Origin: an uncultured Actinomycetes bacterium
Lineage (GTDB): Bacteria; Actinomycetota; UBA4738; JBBDTT01
Direction: 5' to 3'
Assembly (NCBI GenBank): GCA_963742735.1
Contig: CAVUMN010000003.1
Coordinates: 898,623 to 962,622 of the forward strand
DNA: 64,000 nt
Under the pieces are notes generated by a model. It was not told where the DNA came from. It made no database searches and worked only from the letters and a program-made list of their open reading frames with translations. A program made the position numbers and the translations under genes. Of the stretch, positions 19,554 to 28,973 are shown piece by piece. The stretch's first letter is position 1. Each line of letters begins with the position of its first letter.

Positions 19554-20825
19554 TCAGACCCCGCAGCCCTTCTCGTTCAGCACGAGGGTGACGGTCATCC
19601 CGGCGCGGTCCAGGTCCAGGCAGTGGGTCCCGGCGACGCGGCGGTCGCCCTCCATGCGCACGGGTCCGAAGTGATCGCCGAACCAGCCCAGCACCGCCGC
19701 GTCGAACTCGCCGGCGTCGGTCGCGGTGTCCCACCGGCTGGCCAGGGCCACATTGAGGCCGTGGTCGTCGGCCCATGCCGTGTACACCGCGCCGTCCCAT
19801 CCGTCGACCGCCTCCGCGCCGCCGCCCAGTCCGGGCAGCAGCGCGCCGGCCCCGCCCGAGAGCCACGCCCGCAGAAAGAGCTCGCCGAGCTGGCCCGAGA
19901 CCACGCGAGTCGCCCCCTCCGACAGCGCCGGCGGCGGCTCGAGATCCTCACCGATCTCCCCGGCCAGGTACTTGTCCGGGTGCAGCACCTGCTCAGTGGT
20001 CACGGGCGGGTCCGCGTAGGCGTCGTTCACCGCGTCCCAGCCGCCCTCGTCGTACAGGATCTGCACGAAGGCCAGCCCGTCGACGTAGGGGGCGATCTGG
20101 ATCTCGGTGATGACCGGCGACAACCCCGGTCCGGTGGCCGTGGCCCCGACCGCATCGGGGATGCTCTCCAGGGCCGCGCTGAACTGGTCGCCGAAGGAAA
20201 GGTGCTCGGCGCTCCACCGCTGCATCATCAGCGTGGCGTCACCCTCGACCAGTCCCAGCCGGGCGCTGAGCTCGTCCGAGGGCTCGTCCCCGGAGACGAC
20301 AGCGTCCAGGTCGAAGTGCTGATCGGTGATCCCGTGGGTGAGCTCGTGGACCAGCGTCATCTTGGCGAGCGGCGTGAGATCGGCCCCGGCCCGCGACTCG
20401 ATGACCAGCCGCCCCGTCGCGGGGTCGTAGAAGCCGATCACCGCCGCCGCGCTCGACTCCTCCAGCTCCTCGCGCAGGTCGGTGCCCTCGGCCAGGATGT
20501 CCAACGCCATCAGCAGCGTCTCGTCGGGCAGCCCGGTTGACTCCGTCTTCTGGGCCTCCTCGCGGACGGCCGCCGCCAGCTCCGCGTCCGAGAGGTACTC
20601 CGGCTCGATGGGGTCCAGGATCGGCAGCTCTCGCAGGAGCGCCGTCTGCCGGAAGATGTCGTCCAGGCCGGTGCCCTCGGGCGCCGAGCGGTCCCGGCTC
20701 TTCGAGCCCACCAGGAACAGGCCGGCGATGACCAGGACGGCCACGGTGAGGGCCAGGACGGTCCGTCCGCGATGCGAAGGCCTGCCCGTCGCCTCGGCGG
20801 CGGGCGGGGGGCTCGGCGCCTCCAC
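19554..20825 (-). CDS. membrane-anchored putative zinc metallopeptidase
   Basis: N-terminal TM ([18 protein letters not shown]); GFYDP....[44 protein letters not shown]. Confidence 0.75.
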   Translation of the reverse strand: MEAPSPPPAAEATGRPSHRGRTVLALTVAVLVIAGLFLVGSKSRDRSAPEGTGLDDIFRQTALLRELPILDPIEPEYLSDAELAAAVREEAQKTESTGLPDETLLMALDILAEGTDLREELEESSAAAVIGFYDPATGRLVIESRAGADLTPLAKMTLVHELTHGITDQHFDLDAVVSGDEPSDELSARLGLVEGDATLMMQRWSAEHLSFGDQFSAALESIPDAVGATATGPGLSPVITEIQIAPYVDGLAFVQILYDEGGWDAVNDAYADPPVTTEQVLHPDKYLAGEIGEDLEPPPALSEGATRVVSGQLGELFLRAWLSGGAGALLPGLGGGAEAVDGWDGAVYTAWADDHGLNVALASRWDTATDAGEFDAAVLGWFGDHFGPVRMEGDRRVAGTHCLDLDRAGMTVTLVLNEKGCGV

Positions 20826-20827
20826 GC

Positions 20828-21517
20828 TCAGGCCGACGCGGGAGCCAGCTGGGCGATCTCCTCGTCCGAGAGCCTGCGGAACTTCCGGCGGGCGCGGGTG
20901 CGGTCCAGGACGGCGGCCTCCAAATGCTCCGGCTCCACGGTGCGCTCCTCGACCGTGGACAGCGCCTCGACCCCGAGCCGGAGACCGTCCGCCAGGGACA
21001 GGTCGGCGGCGTATCGGTCCTTCAGGAACGTGGTGAGCTCCTCGGTCCGGCCGCCCATGGCCACGAAGCCGGTCTCGTCGCCCACCGAGCCGTCGAACAG
21101 GATGTGGAACAGCTCGTTCGCCTCGGAGGTCTCCCCCACCTCGGCGACCAGGATCTCCACCTCGTACGGCTTCATCTGCTGCGTGAAGATCGCCGACAGT
21201 GCCTGGGAGTAGGCGTTCGCGAGGGTCTTGGCGGTGACGTCCTCGCGGCCGTAGGAGTAGCCGCGCACGTCGGCCAGCTGGATGCCGGCGATGCGCAGGC
21301 TGTCGAACTCGCTGTACTTGCCGACGCCGGCGAAGGCCAGCCGGTCGTAGAGCTCGCTGATCTTGTGCAGCGTCGCGCTGGGGTTCTCGGCGATGAACAG
21401 GATCCCGTCGGCGTACTCCATCGCCAGGACCGACTTGCCGCGCGAGATGCCCTTGCGGGCGTACTCGGAGCGATCCTTCATGAGCTGCTCGGGCGGGACG
21501 TACGGCTGGAACGACAT
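20828..21517 (-). CDS. prcA: 20S proteasome subunit alpha
   Basis: YVPPEQLMKDRSEYARKGISRGKS, ENPS.TLHKISELYDR, KPYEVEI.VAEVG, LEAAVLDR.R.RRKFRR. Confidence 0.97.
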   Translation of the reverse strand: MSFQPYVPPEQLMKDRSEYARKGISRGKSVLAMEYADGILFIAENPSATLHKISELYDRLAFAGVGKYSEFDSLRIAGIQLADVRGYSYGREDVTAKTLANAYSQALSAIFTQQMKPYEVEILVAEVGETSEANELFHILFDGSVGDETGFVAMGGRTEELTTFLKDRYAADLSLADGLRLGVEALSTVEERTVEPEHLEAAVLDRTRARRKFRRLSDEEIAQLAPASA

Positions 21518-22329
21518 CAGTCCCGGGCTCCCTGCTCCGCGCGGTCGGCCACGATGGCGTCGAAGGCCGCCCGCATGTCCTCCTTGGCGATGTCGGTGAC
21601 ACCCTCGGCGGTCACCGTCACGATCTTCGGGAAGATGTCGCGGATCGGATCCGGCCCTCCTGTCGCGACGTCCTCCTGCGATGCGTCGTACAGCGCCTCG
21701 ACCGCGACGCGAACCGCGTCGCCGGACGTCATCGAGGGACGCCACCGCTTCTTCATGGTCGACTTCGCGTGCTGTCCGCCCGAGCCCGTGGCGTGGTAGT
21801 CGAACTCTTCCCACCGGCCACCGGTGACGTCGTAGCGAAACAGGCGGCCCGTCGCGCGCCGCACGTCGAAGCCCCCGAACAGCGGAACGACCACGAGCCC
21901 CTGCAGCGCGTAGCCGAAGTTCTGCCGGATCATCATGGCCAAACGGTTGGCCTTGCCCTCCAGGGAGAGCCGGTCGCCCTCGACCTTCTCGTAGTGCTCG
22001 AGCTCGGTCTGGAAGAGGCGCACGATCTCGACGGCCTGGCCGGCCGTCCCGGCGATCGCGATCGCGGAATGCTCGTCGGCGGGAAAAACCTTCTCGATGC
22101 GCTCGTCGGCGATCGAGTACCCCTCGGTCGCCCGGCGGTCGCCCGCCATGATGATCCCGTCGGCATACCGCAGCCCGAGGATCGTCGTGGCCTGCGCCGA
22201 CAGCGGTACGCCGGCGTCACCTCCGCCCTGGGGGGCGGGCGGCAGCTGTCCGGCGCCGCGCAGCACGTCGCTGAACGAGGGGTTCGCGCCGAGCGGGAAG
22301 CCGGTCGCGCCCGGAAGATCCAGGGTCAC
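21517..22329 (-). CDS. prcB: 20S proteasome subunit beta
   Basis: Propeptide followed by A/TTIL, MAGDRRAT.G, ELEHYEK.EG..LSLEGKANRL, GSGG, D.ATGGPD. Confidence 0.97.
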   Translation of the reverse strand: MTLDLPGATGFPLGANPSFSDVLRGAGQLPPAPQGGGDAGVPLSAQATTILGLRYADGIIMAGDRRATEGYSIADERIEKVFPADEHSAIAIAGTAGQAVEIVRLFQTELEHYEKVEGDRLSLEGKANRLAMMIRQNFGYALQGLVVVPLFGGFDVRRATGRLFRYDVTGGRWEEFDYHATGSGGQHAKSTMKKRWRPSMTSGDAVRVAVEALYDASQEDVATGGPDPIRDIFPKIVTVTAEGVTDIAKEDMRAAFDAIVADRAEQGARD

Positions 22330-22523
22330 TCCCCGCCCTTCTGGACGTAGGACTTCACGAACTCCTCGGCGTTCTCCTCGAGGACCGAGTCGATCTCGTC
22401 GAGGATGTCGTCCATCTCGCCCTTGAGCTTCTCGCCCTTGGCGGTGGTCTCGACCTCTCCGGCGTCGGCGTCGCCGCCGTCGCCCTTCTTCTGCGGGCGC
22501 TTCTGCTCCTGCTCCTGGGGCAA
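22326..22523 (-). CDS. pup: prokaryotic ubiquitin-like protein Pup (C-terminal GGE)
   Basis: GAGGAGG then TTG start; ...DDILDEIDSVLEENAEEFVKSYVQKGGE*. Confidence 0.95.
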   Translation of the reverse strand: MPQEQEQKRPQKKGDGGDADAGEVETTAKGEKLKGEMDDILDEIDSVLEENAEEFVKSYVQKGGE

Positions 22524-22588
22524 GACATGCCTCCTCGCGCTCGGGGACTCGAACAGGAGGATACCGCCGCGGGCGAGTTGGGAGGGGC

Positions 22589-24073
22589 TCAGCCCTGCAG
22601 GGCGTCGACCAGGCTCGCGGCGTCCTCGCTGGCCTCGAGGAGCGCCTCGACGTGCTCGCGGGTGCCCCTCAGGGGCTCGCGCATCGGCACGCGCTGGAGG
22701 GTGTCGCGGCCGGTGTCGAAGATGATCGAGTCCCAGCTGGCCGCGACGATCGAGTCCGGGTAGCGGCGGATGCACTCCCCGCGGAAGTACGCGCGGGTGT
22801 CCTCGGGCGGCGTGCTCACGGCGGCGTCGACCTCGGCGTCGGCCACGAGACGCTCGATCTGGCCGGTCTTCACCAGGCGGTAGTACAGGCCCTTGTCGCG
22901 GCGCACGTCGTGGTACTGCAGGTCGATCAGGCGGAGCTTGGGGTCGTCCCACTTCAGCCCGTCCCGTTCGCGGAACGACTGGATCAGCCGGTGCTTCGCC
23001 ACCCAGTCGAGCTCGCGATGCAGCGACAGCGGGTCCTCCTCGAGCGCGGACAGGATCGCCTCCCACCGGGACAGGACCTCGCCGTTCTCGGGCGTCGGGT
23101 CGGACTCCTTCACGTAGGCCTTCGCGGCGTCCAGGTACTCCCACTGCAGCTCGATCGCCGTCAGCCGCCGGCCGTCCCGAAGGACGACGGCTGCCCGGCA
23201 CGACGGATCCCACGAGATCTGGTGTAGCGCCGCGACGGGGTTCTCCAGGGCCAGATCGGGGACCGCGTCGTCCTCGATCATCTTCAGGACGATCGCCGTG
23301 GTCCCGACCTTCAGGTACGTCGAGACCTCCGAGAGGTTGGCGTCGCCGGGGATGCAGTGCAGCCGCCGGTACTTCTCGGGGTCGGCGTGCGGCTCGTCGC
23401 GGGTGTTGATGATCGGGCGCTTCAACGTGGTCTCCAGGCCGACCTCGGCCTCGAAGAAGTCCGTTCGCTGGGAGATCTGGTACGGAACCCCCTCGCCGTC
23501 GGAGCGCGATCCCTCCGTCCCCACCTTGCCGGCGCCGGTGAACACCTGGCGGGAGACGAAGAAGGGCGTGAGCCCGGACACGATGCGACCGAACGGGATC
23601 GTCCGGTCGACCAGATAGTTCTCGTGGGTGCCGTACGAGTTGCCCTTGCCGTCGGTGTTGTTCTTGTAGATGGCCAGGCGCGCGCCGGGAGGCAGGTACT
23701 CCTGGACCTGGCGCAGGGACTCCTCGAGGATCCGTTCTCCGGCCTTGTCCCAGATCACCAGCTCGCGCGGCGAGGCGCACTCGGGCGTGGAGTACTCCGG
23801 GTGAGCGTGGTCCACGTAGTACCGCGCGCCGTTGGGAAGGATGACGTTGGCGAGCCCGAGATCCTCCTCCACGGGCTGGCGCTCCTGGACCGGCTCGAAC
23901 CCGCGGGCATCGCGCAGCGGCGACTCCTGCTCGTAGTCCCACCGGATCCGCCGCAGGTAGCCGGCGTAGGTGTTGATCAGCAGGCTCGAGGACAGCACGG
24001 GGTTGAAGTCGCCGGCGCCCGGCGCGGAGATGCCGAACTCCGTCTCGATGCCCATCACCTTGGGAATCGCCAC
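22589..24073 (-). CDS. dop: depupylase/deamidase Dop
   Basis: [77 protein letters not shown]. Confidence 0.97.
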   Translation of the reverse strand: MAIPKVMGIETEFGISAPGAGDFNPVLSSSLLINTYAGYLRRIRWDYEQESPLRDARGFEPVQERQPVEEDLGLANVILPNGARYYVDHAHPEYSTPECASPRELVIWDKAGERILEESLRQVQEYLPPGARLAIYKNNTDGKGNSYGTHENYLVDRTIPFGRIVSGLTPFFVSRQVFTGAGKVGTEGSRSDGEGVPYQISQRTDFFEAEVGLETTLKRPIINTRDEPHADPEKYRRLHCIPGDANLSEVSTYLKVGTTAIVLKMIEDDAVPDLALENPVAALHQISWDPSCRAAVVLRDGRRLTAIELQWEYLDAAKAYVKESDPTPENGEVLSRWEAILSALEEDPLSLHRELDWVAKHRLIQSFRERDGLKWDDPKLRLIDLQYHDVRRDKGLYYRLVKTGQIERLVADAEVDAAVSTPPEDTRAYFRGECIRRYPDSIVAASWDSIIFDTGRDTLQRVPMREPLRGTREHVEALLEASEDAASLVDALQG

Positions 24074-24101
24074 GGGTTGAGCCTACCGCGAGGGCCAGGC
24101 G

Positions 24102-24305
24102 TCAAGAAGCCCCGTCGAGCGGGAGGGCGATGGCGCCCGCACCGCGCGAGGGGATGGGACGTCGAGGCTCACGCACTCCGGCCGACCCATCCGGGCCCGA
24201 GGAGCCGGGAGGCACCGCAAGCCAGACCCGACGCCTGCCGAAGGGGCGAAGCAGCGTCCTGAAGAGCCACTTCGGCCTCCGCCAGTGCAGGACGTAGCGA
24301 ACCAC
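24102..24305 (-). CDS. small hypothetical protein with GVREPRRP motif
   Basis: 67-aa ORF starting 3 nt after the arc stop and filling the arc-dop gap. C-terminus is AGVREPRRPIPSRGAGAIALP. Confidence 0.55.
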   Translation of the reverse strand: MVRYVLHWRRPKWLFRTLLRPFGRRRVWLAVPPGSSGPDGSAGVREPRRPIPSRGAGAIALPLDGAS

Positions 24306-24308
24306 GAG

Positions 24309-26069
24309 CTACAGGTACTGGCCGGCGCTGACCCGTTCGACCTGGCGGCCCTCGCCGCGGCGGTCGCCGAGCAGCGTGCGGACGTACACGATCCGCTCGC
24401 CCTTCTTGCCGGAGATCCGCGCCCAGTCGTCGGGGTTCGTCGTGTTGGGGAGGTCCTCGTTCTCCTTGAACTCGTCGCGGATCGCCTGGATCAGGTCGGC
24501 GAGCTTCAGGCCCTTCTCCCCGGACTTCAGGAAGCGCTTGATGGCCTCCTTCTTGGCGCGGGCCACGATGTTCTCGATCATCGCGCCGGAGTTGAAGTCC
24601 TTGAAGAACAGGATCTCCTTGTCCCCCGAGGCGTAGGTGACCTCCAGGAACTTGTTCTCCTCGGTGTCGGCGTACATCGTGCGGGTCGTGTCGCGGATCA
24701 TGCGCTCGACCGTCTTCGGGACGTCGCCGCCGGACACCGCGAGCTCGTCCGGGTGGATGGGCAGCGCGTCGGTCAGGTACTTCGACATGATGTCGCGGGC
24801 GGCGTCCTCGTCGGGGCGCTCGATCTTGATCTTCACGTCGAGCCGGCCCGGCCGCAGGATCGCCGGGTCGATCAGGTCCTCGCGGTTCGACGCGCCGATC
24901 ACGATGACGTTCTTCAGGGTCTCGACGCCGTCGATCTCCGAGAGCATCTGCGGCACGATCGTGTTCTCCACGTCACTGGAGATCCCCGAGCCGCGCATCC
25001 GGAAGATCGAGTCCATCTCGTCGAAGAACACGATGACCGGGAAGCCCTCCTCGGATTTCTCCTTCGCGCGCTGGAAGATCAGACGGATCTGGCGCTCGGT
25101 CTCACCGACGTACTTGTTCAGGAGCTCGGGCCCCTTGACGTTCAGGAAGTAGGAGTGCGCGTCCGCGCGGCCGGTCTTCTTGGCCACCTGCTCGGCCAGG
25201 GAGTGGGCGACCGCCTTCGCGATGAGGGTCTTGCCGCATCCCGGAGGCCCGTACAGCAGCACGCCCTTGGGCGGCTTCAGCTGGTGCTCCAGGAACAGCT
25301 CCGCGTACAGGAACGGGAGCTCGATGGCGTCCTTGATGTCCTCGATCTGCCCGGCCAGTCCGCCGATGTCCTCGTAGGCGATGTCCGGGACCTCCTCCAG
25401 GACGAGCTCCTCGACCTGCTCCTTGGGCAGGCGCTCGAGCATGTAGCCCGAGCGGCGGTCGAACAGGACCGCGTCGCCGGCGCGCAGGACCGGCTCGAGC
25501 TTCAGCTCGGCGGAGATCAGCCCCACCATCTCCTCGTCGCCGCGGCCGACCAGGATCGCGCGCTCTCCCTCGAGCATCTCCTTGATCGTCACGACCTCGC
25601 CCTGCACGTCCTGGTCCAGGATCTCCACGATGTTGAGGGCCTCGTTCAGGACCACCTCGGCGCCCTTGCGGAACCGCTCGAGCTCGACGGAGGGGTCGAC
25701 GTTCACGCGCATCTTGCGGCCCGAGGTGAACACGTCGACGGAGCCGTCGTCGTTGGTCCGGAGGTAGACGCCGAAGGACGCCGGCGGCCGGGTGAGCTTG
25801 TCGACCTCCTCCTTCAGCGCCTCGATCTTCTCGCGCTCGGCCGTAAGGACGCCGACGAGCTTCTCGTTCTGGGAGATCGCGCGGGAGAGCTCGCCCTTGG
25901 CCTCCAGGAGGCGCTCCTCGAGGATCTTGACCTGGCGGGGCGACTGGTGGAGGCGGCGGCGAAGGAGGGCCGTCTCGTCCTCGAGGAACTTGATCTGGGT
26001 GGAGAGCTCGTGGATCTCTTTCTCGTAGCGCTCGAGACGCTCCTGTGGATCCACGTTCTCGTAGGCCAT
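24309..26069 (-). CDS. arc: proteasome ATPase ARC/Mpa
   Basis: N-terminal coiled coil, [55 protein letters not shown]-terminal GQYL. Confidence 0.97.
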   Translation of the reverse strand: MAYENVDPQERLERYEKEIHELSTQIKFLEDETALLRRRLHQSPRQVKILEERLLEAKGELSRAISQNEKLVGVLTAEREKIEALKEEVDKLTRPPASFGVYLRTNDDGSVDVFTSGRKMRVNVDPSVELERFRKGAEVVLNEALNIVEILDQDVQGEVVTIKEMLEGERAILVGRGDEEMVGLISAELKLEPVLRAGDAVLFDRRSGYMLERLPKEQVEELVLEEVPDIAYEDIGGLAGQIEDIKDAIELPFLYAELFLEHQLKPPKGVLLYGPPGCGKTLIAKAVAHSLAEQVAKKTGRADAHSYFLNVKGPELLNKYVGETERQIRLIFQRAKEKSEEGFPVIVFFDEMDSIFRMRGSGISSDVENTIVPQMLSEIDGVETLKNVIVIGASNREDLIDPAILRPGRLDVKIKIERPDEDAARDIMSKYLTDALPIHPDELAVSGGDVPKTVERMIRDTTRTMYADTEENKFLEVTYASGDKEILFFKDFNSGAMIENIVARAKKEAIKRFLKSGEKGLKLADLIQAIRDEFKENEDLPNTTNPDDWARISGKKGERIVYVRTLLGDRRGEGRQVERVSAGQYL

Positions 26070-26163
26070 CCGCCGACGCCCTCCTCTCGGCGAGCCAGTA
26101 TATCCCCGGCGCCCGGAGCCTCCGGGAAGCCGACTCGCCTCTTACCGGATATACGCCGGGGAC

Positions 26164-26985
26164 TCAGTCCCCGGTTGGCTCATCGTCCACATTCGGCACG
26201 TTCATCCCCAAACCTGAGCGGGCGATCGTGATGAATCCGGTATGGCCGACCATCCGGTGATCCGGGCGGACACTGCGCGGGGCCACGTGCCAGGTCCGGT
26301 GCATCACCTCGAACGTCTCCACGTGTCCGTAGCGGTGCTGGTTGAGCGCGCCGACGAGCTCCTGGACCTGGTTGGTGGTCGGCAGGTACGCGCACAGGAT
26401 CCCGCCCGGGGGCAGCGTCTCGCCGGCCGTGGCCAGGACTCCCGCCGGCTCGGGAAGGTCGAGCAGCACGCGGTCGAACGTCTCACCCGTCGCCGCCGCC
26501 TCGCGGACGTCTCCCCGGCGCAGCTCGACCCATGGCGGGACCTTGCCGAAGAACGTCTCCAGGTTCTCCCGCGCCGTCTGGTGGAAGTCGTCGCGGAGCT
26601 CGTAGGACACCACGGCCCCGTCGGGCCCGGTGGCGCGGGCCAGGGCCATGGTCAACGCGCCCGACCCCGTCCCGGCCTCCAGGATCCGGGTGCCGGGAGC
26701 GACGTCCGCCCACATCAGCATCGCCCCGAGGTCCTTCGGGTAGATGACCTGCGCCCCGCGGGGCATCTTCAGGACGAAGTCGGCCAGGCGCGGCCGCAGG
26801 ACGACCAGGCCGGCGCCGGTCGTCGAGTGCACCAGGCTCCCCTCGTCGGAGCCGATCACCAGGTCGTGGGGCACGACGCCGGCGTGGTAGTGGAACGACC
26901 CCCCCGCCACCAGCCGGATCAGGTACCGGCGGCCGCGCGAGTCGAGCAGGATCACCCGCTCCCCGGGCTCCAGGGGACCACTCAC
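26164..26985 (-). CDS. trmI: tRNA (adenine58-N1)-methyltransferase
   Basis: MPRGAQVIYPKD, LEAGTGSGALT, SYE.R.DF, LDLPEP, SVRPDHRMVGHTGF. Usual position upstream of arc. Confidence 0.93.
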   Translation of the reverse strand: MSGPLEPGERVILLDSRGRRYLIRLVAGGSFHYHAGVVPHDLVIGSDEGSLVHSTTGAGLVVLRPRLADFVLKMPRGAQVIYPKDLGAMLMWADVAPGTRILEAGTGSGALTMALARATGPDGAVVSYELRDDFHQTARENLETFFGKVPPWVELRRGDVREAAATGETFDRVLLDLPEPAGVLATAGETLPPGGILCAYLPTTNQVQELVGALNQHRYGHVETFEVMHRTWHVAPRSVRPDHRMVGHTGFITIARSGLGMNVPNVDDEPTGD

Positions 26986-27956
26986 GTCTGATAGATCTCC
27001 GCGGGGAGGACCTCCTCCGACAGGCCGGCGGACACCTCGGCGTCGGTCGGCGCGGCCAGCCGCTCTCCAAGGATCCGGGCCCGGGAACGGCAGAACGCGC
27101 AGTAGGTGCCCGGCGTCGGCTGGCCACAGCGCTCGCACGGAGAGAGGTCCACGGGTGCGTCGGGCTGGAACTTCGCTGCGATCTGGTCGAGGAACCCCAG
27201 GAAGAACTGGCCCTTCGTTCCCGGTGACGCCGACTCCAGTTGGTTCAGCGCTTCCTTGTACCGAAGCTGGGTGTTGCCCGCCACGAGCGGGCACTCCTCC
27301 ACCACGTAGTCGAGGTCGCGCAGGAAGGCGTACGCGGCCGTCTCCAGCTCCGACAGCCGGTGCAGCGGTTTGATCTTCTTGACCATGCCCTCGCGCGCCG
27401 GCAGGGCCGGCGACTGGCGCCCGATGTACTCGGTCTGCCATCGCAGCGTGTTGCCCAGCAGCGCGGCGGCTTCGTCGTCCAGGTTGTGGCCGGTGGCTAC
27501 CACGTCGAAGCCGTGGTCCAGCGCCACACGGTTGAAGACGTACCGCTTCGAGAGCCCGCACGTGGCACAGGTCGAGCGGCCGCCACGCCGCCCGGCCGTG
27601 GGGATGTCGTAGCCGTAGGTCTCGCGCAGGTCGACGTGGATGAGCTCGGCCCCCCGGGCCTCGGCGAACGCCCGCGCGACCTCGCCGGATCGCTCCGAGT
27701 ACTCACCGATGCCCAGGCCCAGGTACATCCCGCTCGCGTGGTATCCCAGGTCGAGCAGGACGTCCCACAGCGCCAGGGAGTCCTTGCCGCCGGACACCGC
27801 GACCAGGACCCGGTCGTCGTCGCCGAGCATGTCGTAGGACTCGATCGCCCGGCGGACCTGCTGCCGAACGTGGCGGACGAAGTGGTCGCTGCAGAACGCG
27901 GAGTGATGGCGGCGGACTTCGATGACCGCCGGATCCCCGCACTGGCGGCACTTCAC
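26982..27956 (-). CDS. ttuA: tRNA 2-thiolation enzyme TtuA (TIGR00269/Ncs6-like)
   Basis: N-terminal Zn finger CRQC...CSDH, PP-loop SGGKDS, CATC, GHNLDDE, EECPL, and C-terminal CERC...CAFC. Confidence 0.88.
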   Translation of the reverse strand: MKCRQCGDPAVIEVRRHHSAFCSDHFVRHVRQQVRRAIESYDMLGDDDRVLVAVSGGKDSLALWDVLLDLGYHASGMYLGLGIGEYSERSGEVARAFAEARGAELIHVDLRETYGYDIPTAGRRGGRSTCATCGLSKRYVFNRVALDHGFDVVATGHNLDDEAAALLGNTLRWQTEYIGRQSPALPAREGMVKKIKPLHRLSELETAAYAFLRDLDYVVEECPLVAGNTQLRYKEALNQLESASPGTKGQFFLGFLDQIAAKFQPDAPVDLSPCERCGQPTPGTYCAFCRSRARILGERLAAPTDAEVSAGLSEEVLPAEIYQT

Positions 27957-28231
27957 GAGCGGGATCCCTTTGCCGCGGGGGGTTCGCCCGCTGTCGTGAA
28001 GGGACTCCGCAGCACTCGGGCGCGGGCTACCCCCCCGCACCCCCCGGAGATCACGGGCCGGATCTCGACCTCGTCGGCGTCCTCGACCCGGTCCTCCCGC
28101 GTGATCAGGGTCCTATCGCGGATCACCAGGACCGTGTCCGGGTTGACGCCCAGCTCCGCGAGCAGCTGTTTCACCCGCTTGGGGCCCGTGACCTCGACCT
28201 CACGCTCCGGATTGCGAAGACGGACCTTCAT
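27953..28231 (-). CDS. ttuB: MoaD/ThiS/TtuB-type ubiquitin-like sulfur carrier with 28-aa C-terminal extension
   Basis: MKVRLRNPEREVEV.GP..V..LL.ELG.NPDTVLVIR...L.T.D...D.D.VEIRPVISGG followed by CGGVAR...SRS*. Its stop overlaps the ttuA start. Confidence 0.82.
   Translation of the reverse strand: MKVRLRNPEREVEVTGPKRVKQLLAELGVNPDTVLVIRDRTLITREDRVEDADEVEIRPVISGGCGGVARARVLRSPFTTAGEPPAAKGSRS
27975..28038. repeat. 17-bp imperfect inverted repeat (hairpin) within the ttuB tail
   Basis: Arms GCGGGGGGTTCGCCCGC (27975-27991) and GCGGGCTACCCCCCCGC (28022-28038) are 15/17 complementary, with a 30-nt loop. Confidence 0.75.
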
Positions 28232-28964
28232 CCGGCCTCAACGTTACCCCTGCGGAGCCTCCCAGCGCCGACCGGCCGGACGCGCGGGCGGCGCCGTCCA
28301 GGAACAGGGCCACGAAGCCGAACCACAGGCCGAACACGTCGCCGTTGATCACGCGAACCGCCCCCCACACGAGCAGCCCCAGCGCCGCGAGCCTGCCCCC
28401 GGCCACGGCGATGCGCGTGGACCGCGCGTGGTTGCCGGTGAGCCCCCAGATCCCCGAGCGCAGCAGCCGTCCGCCGTCCAGGGGGAGCCCCGGCACCAGG
28501 TTGAACAGCGCGAGGACGCCGTTGACCCCCGCCAGCGAGATCCCCACGCCCTCGAGGGGGACCCAGCCGAGGCGCGACCCAAGCGCGGAGATCAGCGCGA
28601 ACAGGCCGCCGAGCAGCACCGAGACCATCGGCCCGACCAGGGCGATCGCGAACTCGTCGCGGGCCACCCGGACCTCGTGGGAGATCTCCGAGACCCCGCC
28701 GAACAGGAACAGCGTGATCCCCCGCACCGGGATCCCCAGCCGCCGCGCCAGGACGGCGTGCCCGAGCTCGTGGGCGACCAGCGAGACGCAGAACAGCAGC
28801 GTGGTGGCGATCGCCATCGTCGCGACCAGCAGGGGACCCTCGTACGGATAGGCCTCGCCGAAGTTGGCGTTCGTCGCCACCCCGACCAGCACGATGATGA
28901 CGAACCAGGACGGGTCCACCCGGACGCGGATGCCGAAGGGGCGTCCGACCCCGATGGGCCTCAT
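28200..28964 (-). CDS. site-2 protease (M50) family protein
   Basis: HELGH, ITLFLFGGVS, EFAIALVGP, FNLVPGLPLDGGR; multiple TM segments and no CBS domains. Confidence 0.9.
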   Translation of the reverse strand: MRPIGVGRPFGIRVRVDPSWFVIIVLVGVATNANFGEAYPYEGPLLVATMAIATTLLFCVSLVAHELGHAVLARRLGIPVRGITLFLFGGVSEISHEVRVARDEFAIALVGPMVSVLLGGLFALISALGSRLGWVPLEGVGISLAGVNGVLALFNLVPGLPLDGGRLLRSGIWGLTGNHARSTRIAVAGGRLAALGLLVWGAVRVINGDVFGLWFGFVALFLDGAARASGRSALGGSAGVTLRPDEGPSSQSGA

Positions 28965-28973
28965 GGCACGACC

